From positions 1 through 16,344 of the forward strand of contig JBCCQY010000189.1 in assembly GCA_039208735.1 (NCBI GenBank): DNA of 16,344 bases, read 5' to 3'. Position numbers and translations under genes: made by a program. Below the pieces are notes generated by a model, which ran no database searches, was not told the DNA's origin, and was given only the letters and a program-made list of their open reading frames with translations. The stretch comes from Myxococcota bacterium. GTDB taxonomy: Bacteria; Myxococcota_A; UBA796; GCA-2862545. This document shows positions 9,274 to 16,344 of this stretch, piece by piece (within the stretch, counting starts at the first letter, position 1; every line of letters begins with the position of its first letter).

Positions 9274-9492
9274 TTATTCGACTTGGAACAGCTCGTCGAG
9301 TGCATCTACGCCTTGGGCAAAGCGAACGAGCCAGGCTTGAAGCTGCGACAGCTCCGCTTGCTCAATCCGTTTCGTCGTGGCCTCGGTCAACGGGCCAAAG
9401 CGTGCGTCGAGCACGGCCTGCAGCGATTCCCGCAGCGCGGTGACCCTGCCACGCGCTTCGCCACGCGCCTCAATCGATTGTTCCCAGGTCAT
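9274..9492 (-). CDS. Putative internally initiated small Rpn C-terminal protein (RpnS-like antitoxin), 72 aa
   Basis: In-frame CAAGAGGAC-ATG-ATG-ACC (minus strand) places an SD-like AGAGGA before tandem Met codons (9495, 9492) at the start of the MTWEQSIEARGEARG tail. This is the arrangement described for Rpn intragenic antitoxins. Confidence 0.6.
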   Translation of the reverse strand: MTWEQSIEARGEARGRVTALRESLQAVLDARFGPLTEATTKRIEQAELSQLQAWLVRFAQGVDALDELFQVE

Positions 9493-10224
9493 CATGTCCT
9501 CTTGAATATCACGTGGAAGGTGGGCTCGGATGGCTCGAATGGTGGCGTCTGAGGGCGCCCCGGCAAGTCGACTCGCGTACGTGAACGCCCCGAGGAGGCG
9601 TTCGAGGCCTCCGGGCAGTTCGGCGACCGCATGCAGCAGCGTCCCCCAGGACGCCAGCCGCCCCCAGAGGTCGGCGTCGTCCGCGGCCTGCAACAGCTGC
9701 AGACCCAGCCGGAATCCCGGGCTGAACGCCTCGGTTTCTGACACGTCACGGACGTCGACCAGCTGGAAGTTGCACCGCGTCTGCAACGCACCGAGCCGGT
9801 TCACCTGATGGCTCGGCACCAGCTCCTGCAGCGCGGTGGATTGGGTCCACCGGGTCACGCCGTTGAACAAGACGATCGATGCGATCGCCGGCAACGAGGT
9901 GACCCCCTCCTGACGCGTCCAGCGCCGCCACAGTCGCGCCTGGTACTCCAGGACCCGAAGGGGCATCCAACGCTCGACGGTGCGCTGGTGCTCGACGTGC
10001 AAGTGAAGCAGCAGCGGGGTGCGATCGAGGGTCCGCATCGACAGGACCACGTCCGACCGCAGCTCGACGCCATGGGCATCGACTGTGACGGTGCCGTCTT
10101 CGACCAACCGCGACCAGTCGATGGCGTTTGCCAACGCTGGAGGCAGCAACGTGCGCAGCTCGCGGGCCGCATCAGGGTGTGCAAGCCAGTGTTTGACGAA
10201 GTGGTCGTGACTATCTCGAGCCAA
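9274..10224 (-). CDS. Rpn/YhgA-like (Transposase_31) PD-(D/E)XK nuclease with DUF4351-like C-terminal tail
   Basis: HDHFVK, IDWSRL, ELRSDVV, LHVEHQ, MPLRVLEY, LPAIASIVLFNG...W and the tail RGEARG...RFGPL...QLQAW. A TTG at 10224 with GGAGGG upstream fits the usual family N-terminus better than the track start at 10320. Confidence 0.88.
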   Translation of the reverse strand: MARDSHDHFVKHWLAHPDAARELRTLLPPALANAIDWSRLVEDGTVTVDAHGVELRSDVVLSMRTLDRTPLLLHLHVEHQRTVERWMPLRVLEYQARLWRRWTRQEGVTSLPAIASIVLFNGVTRWTQSTALQELVPSHQVNRLGALQTRCNFQLVDVRDVSETEAFSPGFRLGLQLLQAADDADLWGRLASWGTLLHAVAELPGGLERLLGAFTYASRLAGAPSDATIRAIRAHLPRDIQEDMMTWEQSIEARGEARGRVTALRESLQAVLDARFGPLTEATTKRIEQAELSQLQAWLVRFAQGVDALDELFQVE

Positions 10225-10320
10225 AGAACCCTCCAAGGGTGGCATTCGTCTGCGAGTCCTGTCCGCTCGGTCGGCGATCTCCGGCGCAGCGTTGAAGCGG
10301 TTCCTCGCTCTGTCTGTCAT

Positions 10321-10421
10321 CTATTTATACACTTTAGAATGTATTTTCATACGTGTATCTTGCCACTGTATGCCACGATAAGCGATACACTCTTGCGTGT
10401 TAAAGTTGGCACGAGGAGGGC
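10321..10421. promoter_or_regulatory. AT-rich divergent control region with two operator-like imperfect palindromes
   Basis: ATACAC-tttaga-ATGTAT (10327-10344) and ATACAC-tcttgc-GTGTTA (10385-10402), with extra half-sites GTGTAT (10353) and CTGTAT (10366). SD GAGGAGG at 10413-10419. Confidence 0.6.
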
Positions 10422-10721
10422 ATGCGGATGCCGATCGAGAAGCTGAAGCGGGCAGCGGCACACGGGCTGGCGCTGCACGCTGCGCTATGCGAGGCGCTGG
10501 ACGTGCCCGTCGGGCGCGGGGACCGCAAGCGGGTGGTGCAGGCGCTCGGACGGCTTCTGCACGACGACGACGCTCCGACGCCCTCGCGCTACTCGAACGT
10601 GATCACCGGCAGCTCGTGGTCCTTCGACAAGATCGAACCGTGGTGTCGGGTGGCCGGGATTCGCATGGTGATCGAGGACGGAGCAGCTCGCTACGAGGTG
10701 CGGACTAGATCCCCGTCTTAA
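10422..10721 (+). CDS. Small protein, possible XRE/Cro-like HTH regulator
   Basis: Strong SD and 99 aa. QALGRLL...TPSRYSNVITG..WSFDKIEPWCRVAGI follows the XRE helix 2-5 pattern. The family call is by eye only. Confidence 0.6.
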   Translation: MRMPIEKLKRAAAHGLALHAALCEALDVPVGRGDRKRVVQALGRLLHDDDAPTPSRYSNVITGSSWSFDKIEPWCRVAGIRMVIEDGAARYEVRTRSPS

Positions 10722-10774
10722 TCAGCGTCTCCCAGCCGATGCCGCCGATCGCGACCAGCTCAAGGGTTCGGACA

Positions 10775-10988
10775 CCTGCGCAGCTAGAATGCCTTCGACC
10801 CAATCCTGTTCCATTGGCCGCGCCTTCGGGCCGGACTCGCCGCCCACGATGACCCAGTGAACGCCAGCTAAGTCGAGGCTGTCGAGCGGACTAAGGAGTG
10901 GTTCGCACGACAAGAAGCGCACCGCAGCCGGGACCGCACGAAGGTGGTCTACGCGGCCGAGGGCGCCGGAGTTCTCAACCCAGGAGCC
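10775..10988 (-). pseudogene. DUF5131 (phage Gp37/Gp68-like) internal/C-terminal fragment
   Basis: VEN...RVDHLRAVPAAVRFLSCEPLL...WVIVGGESGPKARPM..DWV is diagnostic of the family. The N-terminal Cys-motif region and the final C-terminal segment are missing. Confidence 0.85.
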
Positions 10989-11512
10989 CTCTCTCGGAAC
11001 ACCATCGGGGTGGGTCGGCGGTAGCCTGGCTGCCGCCACGCTCGCGCAGAGCCCAGGGCCACGCTGGGTTGCCGTCGTTCCATCACGGCGCTTGGGCAAC
11101 CATCGGGCAAGCGGACCCCGAGTCGTCAGCGCGTCACCCACCCTCGGACCTGTGGCCAGCCGGCGGCTTCCTCGACGGTGTTGCGGATGGTGACGGTCCA
11201 GGCGAGGTGGTCGAGCCAAGGGCCAACCCGGCGCCGATGGCCCCGAACTCCTCCTGTGCGAGCGACTCCGGCACTTGAACAGCCAACTGAGCGGTCCACA
11301 ACTCGCGGATGGCCGCAACGAGTGTGCCGTCGGTCGGCGAGGAGGCCGAGCTCGTGGGAGGATTCGACGCACGTTCGCTGCCCACCGTCGCGCAACGCAT
11401 TGCGAGACAGCTGCTGCGCGACGACTAGCGACGTCGTCGTGGTCAGGCCATCGCCCGATTTGACGGCTTCACAACGCTGGTACCATCCTCTCCCTTTGGT
11501 CAGGGAGAATCA

Positions 11513-12562
11513 ATGAGGGGGATCTGGAATCGTCGCGGTGTGCTGGCCGCCGGCGTCATGACTTCGGTGGCGGGGTTTCCCACACGAGCCCAAGCGGGCG
11601 ATGTTGCAGGCCAGATGCAGCCGTATCCGGATTGGGAGGACGGCTGGTTTGATCCGGAGCGCTCGGTGGCGCTAAGCGACCTGCTCGGCCAGTTGGCCCG
11701 ACACGACGCTCGCGGAGCGCTCTGGTGCGGCGTGTTGTGTGCGGAAACCGTGCATCCGTTGCTGCCGACGGAACTCCAAGATGAGGGCCGCGTCATCTTG
11801 GATCTGGCGACCGACTGGGCCCGCGGATTGCCGGTGGACGCGGACATTCAGGAGTTCGCCGCGTTGCGAAGGCCCAGCCATTTTCAAGACATCCGGGACC
11901 GGCTCTCCCGAAGCGAGCGGTGTGCCGTCGAGTCGGTGTACACCCTTCTCTTCTTCCATCAGCACATGAAGTGGAACGGATCGCTCGAGGAGCCCTCGAT
12001 CTGGGCGATCGGTAGGAATGCGGCCCGAGCGCATGCATGGCTCGGTCGTTCGACCCTCGGCGAGGCGGATGTTCTTCCGTTCAGCCGCGGATTGCTGGCG
12101 CTGGTCGTCGATCAGCTGACGCCTGCAGCGCCGACCATGCCGCCCACCGCCCCACGCCTGAAGGCGATTTGGGGGTGGCTGATGGAGGTGGCCCCCGAGC
12201 CACGCCGGACCGGGACCCTCGGTGCGGCACTGGGACGCACGGCGGCATGGGGCCTGGAACGCTGCGGCCCGGAGGGCTGGGACCCCCACGAGCGTGCGGT
12301 GGCCGAGCGGCTGGCCACGCCACCTCCGGGCTGGACGCTTCCCGACACGCCGGGACCCTCTCCCGAAGAGCGCCGGGTCGAAAAGGACCTCGACGCCCGT
12401 CGAGACGGCTTGGTGGACCTGCTGGAGCACCGCTTTGGCCGGCTCACGTCGCGGGCGCTTCACTTCGTTCGGCAAGGTCGCCAGGCCCAACTGGACCGGT
12501 GGTCCGAACGGGCCCTCGACCCTGACAAGGGCCTCCATGCCATCTTGTTCCATCGGGGATGA
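11513..12562 (+). CDS. Hypothetical protein: Tat-like signal + Imm5-like helical domain + Rpn/DUF4351-like C-terminal tail
   Basis: SD AGGGAG precedes the start. The N-terminus NRRGVLAAG...AQA looks like a twin-arginine signal. ALWCGVLCAETVHPLL...ILDLATDWARG resembles Imm5-like immunity domains. The tail LLEHRFGRLT...QLDRW parallels the Rpn tail VLDARFGPLT...QLQAW. Confidence 0.7.
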   Translation: MRGIWNRRGVLAAGVMTSVAGFPTRAQAGDVAGQMQPYPDWEDGWFDPERSVALSDLLGQLARHDARGALWCGVLCAETVHPLLPTELQDEGRVILDLATDWARGLPVDADIQEFAALRRPSHFQDIRDRLSRSERCAVESVYTLLFFHQHMKWNGSLEEPSIWAIGRNAARAHAWLGRSTLGEADVLPFSRGLLALVVDQLTPAAPTMPPTAPRLKAIWGWLMEVAPEPRRTGTLGAALGRTAAWGLERCGPEGWDPHERAVAERLATPPPGWTLPDTPGPSPEERRVEKDLDARRDGLVDLLEHRFGRLTSRALHFVRQGRQAQLDRWSERALDPDKGLHAILFHRG

Positions 12563-12692
12563 GGAGCGGTTGGGCCGGCCATGACGATGACGATGGGACC
12601 GGGGTGCCCAACGACTCTCCCCCCGCTTGCCTGTCGTCCACGACGCGGTCCATCGCTGAGCCGCTGACCGGGCTGGCAGCGGAGGTGAGCCC

Positions 12693-12990
12693 ATGTTGGG
12701 GGCCCGGATCTTCATCCGCTACGCTCGTGGCTCCAAGACCCGTCGAACGCTGCGAACGGGCCTCGAGCCTGTGCTTCGTGATGCCGGGCACGAGTCACTG
12801 CGCGACGAACCGACGCTGGAGCCTGGCGACGCCTTCCGCAAGAAGCTGGCGCGCAGGATGATGCGTTGCGACGGAGCGTTGCGCCTGCTGAGCCCCGAGG
12901 CGTTGGAGAGCCAGGGGGGGCGATCGAGTCCCAGGTGCTCACCCTCCAGAGGGACACTCTGGCTATCCCCAGGTTCACGGACGTTCACAG
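12693..12990 (+). pseudogene. Degenerate TIR (TIR_2) domain, frameshifted at a G7 tract
   Basis: GGAGGTG SD. RIFIRYAR...LRDEPTLEPGDAF...CDGALRLLSPEALES, then AIESQVL...LAIP continues in another frame after G7 (12914-12920). Confidence 0.7.
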
Positions 12991-13028
12991 CACGATGGGT
13001 GTAGGCTGGGAGACCTCGAGGGAGTCGC

Positions 13029-15550
13029 ATGTCGGAGGCCGCCCATCCCGTCTTCCTCTCCTACGCGCGCCGGAGTTCCCTCGAGGCCGCGCGGACCCTC
13101 GCCGGGCGGCTCGGCGACGACACCGCGTTCCTCGACACCGAGGACGTCGCGCTCGGCGAGACCTTCCCCGCGGTGCTTCGGGATGCGGTGCTCGAAGCGC
13201 GGGTGATGGTCGTCTTCGCCACCGAGACCTACTTCACGCGGCCCTACGGCTGGAAGGAGTGGCACCTCGCGCTCGCGCCCTGGCGCACCCTGCTCCAGCG
13301 TCGGGCCGACTCCGCCGCCCTCGAGGCGGCCTTGGCCCACCTCGTCCTCGTCCTGCCCGAGCCCGGCGCGCGCATCCCGAGCGACCGCCTGCCGCCCTCG
13401 CCGCGGCGACGGAACTGGCCCCACGCCGGCGAACTCGACGTCGTCGCCTCGTTCGTCGAGGAGCGCCTGCGCCAGGTGACGCGCTCGATCGGGGCGACGC
13501 TGGACGACCTGGGGGTCCGCGAGGCGGTGGCGACCGGGGTGGGGGGAGCGGACCTGCTGCTTCCGGTCCGAGCCCCGGTGGGCCGGCTCGTCCTCGAGCA
13601 GACGGCGACGTCGCTCGACGAAGGATTCGTCGGTCGGGCGGTCGAGCTGCACCAGCTCGATGACCTCCTCCGCCCGGGCGACGGCGGCCGAGGCGGGCTT
13701 GTGGCCGTCACCGGCGCGGTGCTCGCCGGCGGGGGGTTCGGCAAGTCTCGCCTCGCGCTCGAGTATGTGTGGCGCTACCAGCCCCTGCGCTTCCCCGGTG
13801 GGGTGTTCTGGGTGGACGCGGACGTCGCGCCGGAAGCGCTCGAGTCCCAGCGGCACCGGGTGCTCCGCACCTTCGTCCCGGGGCTCCCCGGGCTCCCGCA
13901 GCTCCAGGCCGAGGGCCGCGACGTCGCGGCCGAGCTCGACGACGCCCTGCGGCAGCACCAAGACGACGGGCCGTTCCTCGTGGTGCTCGACAACGTGCCT
14001 GAGCCGGGCCCGGGCGAGGCCCCCGCATCCCTCGACGCGCTGTTCCCCGGACGGCGCTGGGTCACCCTGCTCGCCACCTCCCGGCGGCGCATCGACGAGG
14101 CGCGGGCGGCCACCCTCGCCGTGGACGTGCTCGACCCGGACGCGGCCCGACGGCTCTTGCTGCAGAACGTGGACCGCCGCGGCGGGGTCCCCGAGGCGGC
14201 GTGGGACGCGGTGACCGCGTGGGTCGGCCGCCTTCCGCTGGCCCTCGTCCTGCTCAACCGCGGATTGTTCCACGGCGTCTCCTGCCCGGCGAACTCCTCG
14301 CCGCCGCGCGGGGGGAGAGCCCGGTCCAGGCCGGTGACGCGGCCCGGGAGGCGTTGCGGGGCCACGTGGCCGACGGGGCCTTGCGCGGCATCAGCGAGGC
14401 CTTCCGCATCACCGTCGAGCGGCTGCCTGAGCCGGTGCGACGGGTGGCGTGGGCCAGCGCGTGGTTCGCCCCCGCCCCGCTGCCGGGCCCCCTCGTCGAA
14501 GGGCTGTGCGAGAACGCCGGCACCGCCTCCCGCGCGACCCTGGAGGCCCGCTCGGTCTGGACCCGCGGCTTTGACGACGCGAGGCCGACGTGGACGATGC
14601 ATCGCTTGGTCGCGGACTTTCTTCGGCTCACGAGCCCCGACCCGCTCGCCGACTGGCGGAAGGCGGTCACGGCATTGAACGGCCTGGCGACGGGCGACGC
14701 GGCCACCCGTCCCGACACGCGCCCCACCCTGCTCGCGGTCGTGGCCGCCGCGGACGAACTCGGGCGTCGCCTCCCGCCGCTCGCGACGCTCGAAGACGGG
14801 CGCGCCCTTCGCCGCACCGCGGGCTGGCTGAATGACCTCGGGCAGTCCTCGGGGGAGCTCGCCGCGTTGGGAGTGGCGCGGCGATTGCTCGAGCAGGGGG
14901 TGCGCCAGCTCCTGCCACGCGACCGCGCGCCCGATGACTGGGCCTGGGCCCAGCACAACCTCGGTCTCGTGCTCCGGGTCCTCGGTGAGCGTAGGGGAGA
15001 CGAGGCTGCCCTCCGACAAGCCGTCCAGGCCTACCACGCCGCCCTCGAGGTCTACACCCGGCAGGCCGCACCCGTCGCCTGGGCCACGACCCAGAACAAC
15101 CTCGGCAACGTGCTCCAGGTCCTTGGCGAGCGTGGGGGAGATGAGGCCGCCCTCCGACAAGCCGTCCAGGCCTACCACGCCGCCCTCGAGGTCTCCACCC
15201 AGCAGGCCGCACCCGTCGCCTGGGCCCGGACCCAGAACAACCTCGGCAACGTGCTCTCGGCCCTCGGCGAGCGTGGGGGGGACGAGGCCGCCCTCCGACA
15301 AGCCGTCCAGGCTTACCACGCCGCCCTCGAGGTCTACACCCGGCAGGCCGCACCCATCGACTGGGCCAGGACCCAGAACAACCTCGGCATCGTGCTCCGG
15401 GTCCTCGGCGAGCGTGAGGGGGACGAGGCCGCCCTCCGACAAGCCGTCCAGGCCTACCACGCCGCCCTCGAGGTCTTCGAAGCGCAGGGCCATGATGCCC
15501 ATGCCCAAGCCGTTCGCCGAAACCTCGCGCTTGTCCCGCGCACCAAGTGA
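13029..15550 (+). pseudogene. TIR - NB-ARC (STAND NTPase) - TPR NLR-like protein, about 840 aa, split by one frameshift near 14279
   Basis: ORF 13029 carries the TIR (VFLSYAR, FLDTEDV..GE, YFTRPYGWKEW), FVGRAVEL, Walker A GGGFGKS, GVFWVDA, Walker B LVVLDNV, LATSR and GRLPLAL. The frame of ORF 14201 carries WTMHRLV (MHD-like) and the TPRs. One added base near 14279 joins them. Could be a sequence error rather than a true pseudogene. Confidence 0.88.
14939..15476 (+). repeat. Four near-identical 141-bp (47-aa) TPR-like tandem repeats
   Basis: TGGGCC unit starts at 14939, 15080, 15221 and 15362. Consensus WAxTQNNLGxVLxxLGERxGDEAALRQAVQAYHAALEV. Confidence 0.95.
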
Positions 15551-15666
15551 GTTGGCGGACCTTTCCGCTGTAGGCTCGGGCCAGCCCCGGTTGTCATCGG
15601 CATCAGCGACCCCGCCACCTCGGCGACCTGGTGCTCGCCGCACCATGTCCTCCGGACGTCCGCATG

Positions 15667-15787
15667 GCATCAGAAACGACCGATTCTGACGCTGCACCAA
15701 AACTGCGCTCGGTTTGCCTTTTGATGCACGTGCTGGTCCCGGCTATCGAATCCGTTAGCGCGTCAAAATGCGCGAGGTGTTTGATGC
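15667..15787. promoter_or_regulatory. res-like site with three inverted-repeat subsites upstream of the serine recombinase
   Basis: GCATCAGAA-N8-TTCTGACGC (15667-15692), GCACCAAAA-N16-TTTTGATGC (15694-15727) and GCGTCAAAA-N10-GTTTGATGC (15760-15787). Lengths of 26/34/28 bp are close to Tn3-type res sites III/II/I. Confidence 0.75.
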
Positions 15788-15801
15788 GTTGGGGCGTAAT
15801 C

Positions 15802-15978
15802 ATGGAGACGCACGAGCGAGCGGGCATCTACCTGCGGGTCAGCACCCAACAGCAGGATGCCACGAACCAACGACGAGCGATGACGCAACTGGCCGCTCGG
15901 CGCACATGGAAGGTCGCTTGGTACGTCGAACAGGAGAGCGGCGGAACCGACGACCGGCCCGAGTACCAGCGATGGCTT
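15802..15978 (+). pseudogene. Serine recombinase (resolvase/invertase) N-terminal fragment, 59 codons
   Basis: IYLRVSTQQQ...NQ (catalytic Ser motif) and VEQESGGTDDRPEYQRWL. Similarity stops at the GGGG of the 50-bp repeat, before the DRLxR motif. Confidence 0.88.
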
Positions 15979-16028
15979 GGGGTACGACCGGCATCGGCGA
16001 AATTTATGGGGTTAGCGAATTATGCGCA
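15979..16028 (+). repeat. 50-bp transposon-end-like sequence, copy R (GGGG terminus at 15979)
   Basis: GGGGTACGACCGGCATCGGCGAAATTTATGGGGTTAGCGAATTATGCGCA is 37/50 identical to the reverse complement of 8542-8591 and coincides with the recombinase breakpoint. Confidence 0.72.
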
Positions 16029-16058
16029 GAGTCCAAACGAACCAACGCGTTTGGGGTT

Positions 16059-16344
16059 TTACTCCCTGGTCAATTGCCAGGAGGGCTTCCTTAACCCAGG
16101 CCCCACCCATCGTGTCCCGTTGGCAACAAGACTCCATCCAAGAACACTTGAGTCGTCCTGATCCCGCAGAGCCCCTTCGAGGTTGGTCCCGGCGAGGCCG
16201 GCCCCTTCCAGGTTGGCCCCTCTGAGGTTGGCCCCTTCGAAGTTGGCCAAGGAGAGGTCGGCCCCTTCCAGGTTGGCCCCTTTGAGGTGGGCCCCTTCGA
16301 GGTTGGCCTCACGGAGGCGAGCCCCCTTGAGCTTGGCCAGAAAG
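16059..16344 (-). CDS. Pentapeptide-repeat protein, 3' part (start outside window)
   Basis: [55 protein letters not shown], with 15-bp nucleotide periodicity. Stop at 16059. Confidence 0.9.
   Translation of the reverse strand, partial: FLAKLKGARLREANLEGAHLKGANLEGADLSLANFEGANLRGANLEGAGLAGTNLEGALRDQDDSSVLGWSLVANGTRWVGPGLRKPSWQLTRE

Larger units (their letters stand above)
8542..16028. mobile_element. Decayed accessory/defence-like island bracketed by related 50-bp inverted sequences
   Basis: Abrupt change after selB from intact genes to fragments and defence/mobility genes (Rpn, DUF5131, TIR, NLR-like, serine recombinase, res-like site). No transposase or integrase gene is visible, so the boundaries are inferred. 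Confidence 0.6.

Noticed and set aside
14939..15476. CRISPR array or DGR template/variable repeat
   Set aside because: The repeats are in-frame coding units without unique spacers. Differences are not restricted to adenines, and no cas or reverse transcriptase gene is in the window.
13775..15700. 641-aa antisense ORF, plus other long overlapping ORFs such as 12975-14273, 11672-12715 and 8659-9552
   Set aside because: These are shadow frames of GC-rich, repeat-containing genes on the other strand, with no recognisable motifs.
15631..16161. 176-aa ORF as a full-length recombinase
   Set aside because: Only 15802-15978 is recombinase-like. The rest is read-through across the res-like site, the 50-bp repeat and the antisense of the pentapeptide gene.

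Overview
GC-rich bacterial window; gene content suggests Myxococcota or a similar lineage (inference). It has two halves. 1-8281 looks like intact chromosome: the 5' end of a secreted protein, a MESH1/SpoT-type HD hydrolase, a membrane-anchored Hanks-type Ser/Thr kinase, a beta-propeller/Zn-ribbon membrane protein, a coupled lipoprotein + M23 peptidase pair, and selB. From ~8540 to the end is a mosaic, partly decayed accessory/defence-like island. It holds a Sel1-repeat fragment, an Rpn/YhgA-like PD-(D/E)XK nuclease with a likely internal small-antitoxin start, and a divergent XRE-like regulator with paired operator-like palindromes. Next come a DUF5131 fragment, a Tat-signal/Imm5-like protein carrying a second Rpn-type C-terminal tail, a TIR remnant, and a frameshifted TIR-NB-ARC-TPR (NLR-like) gene with 141-bp repeats. 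The right end has a three-subsite res-like site, a truncated serine recombinase and a pentapeptide-repeat gene. Two related 50-bp GGGG-terminated sequences (8542-8591 and 15979-16028, 37/50 identical, inverted) bracket the island, and the right copy sits exactly where the recombinase is cut off. All family calls come from manual motif recognition; no database searches were run.
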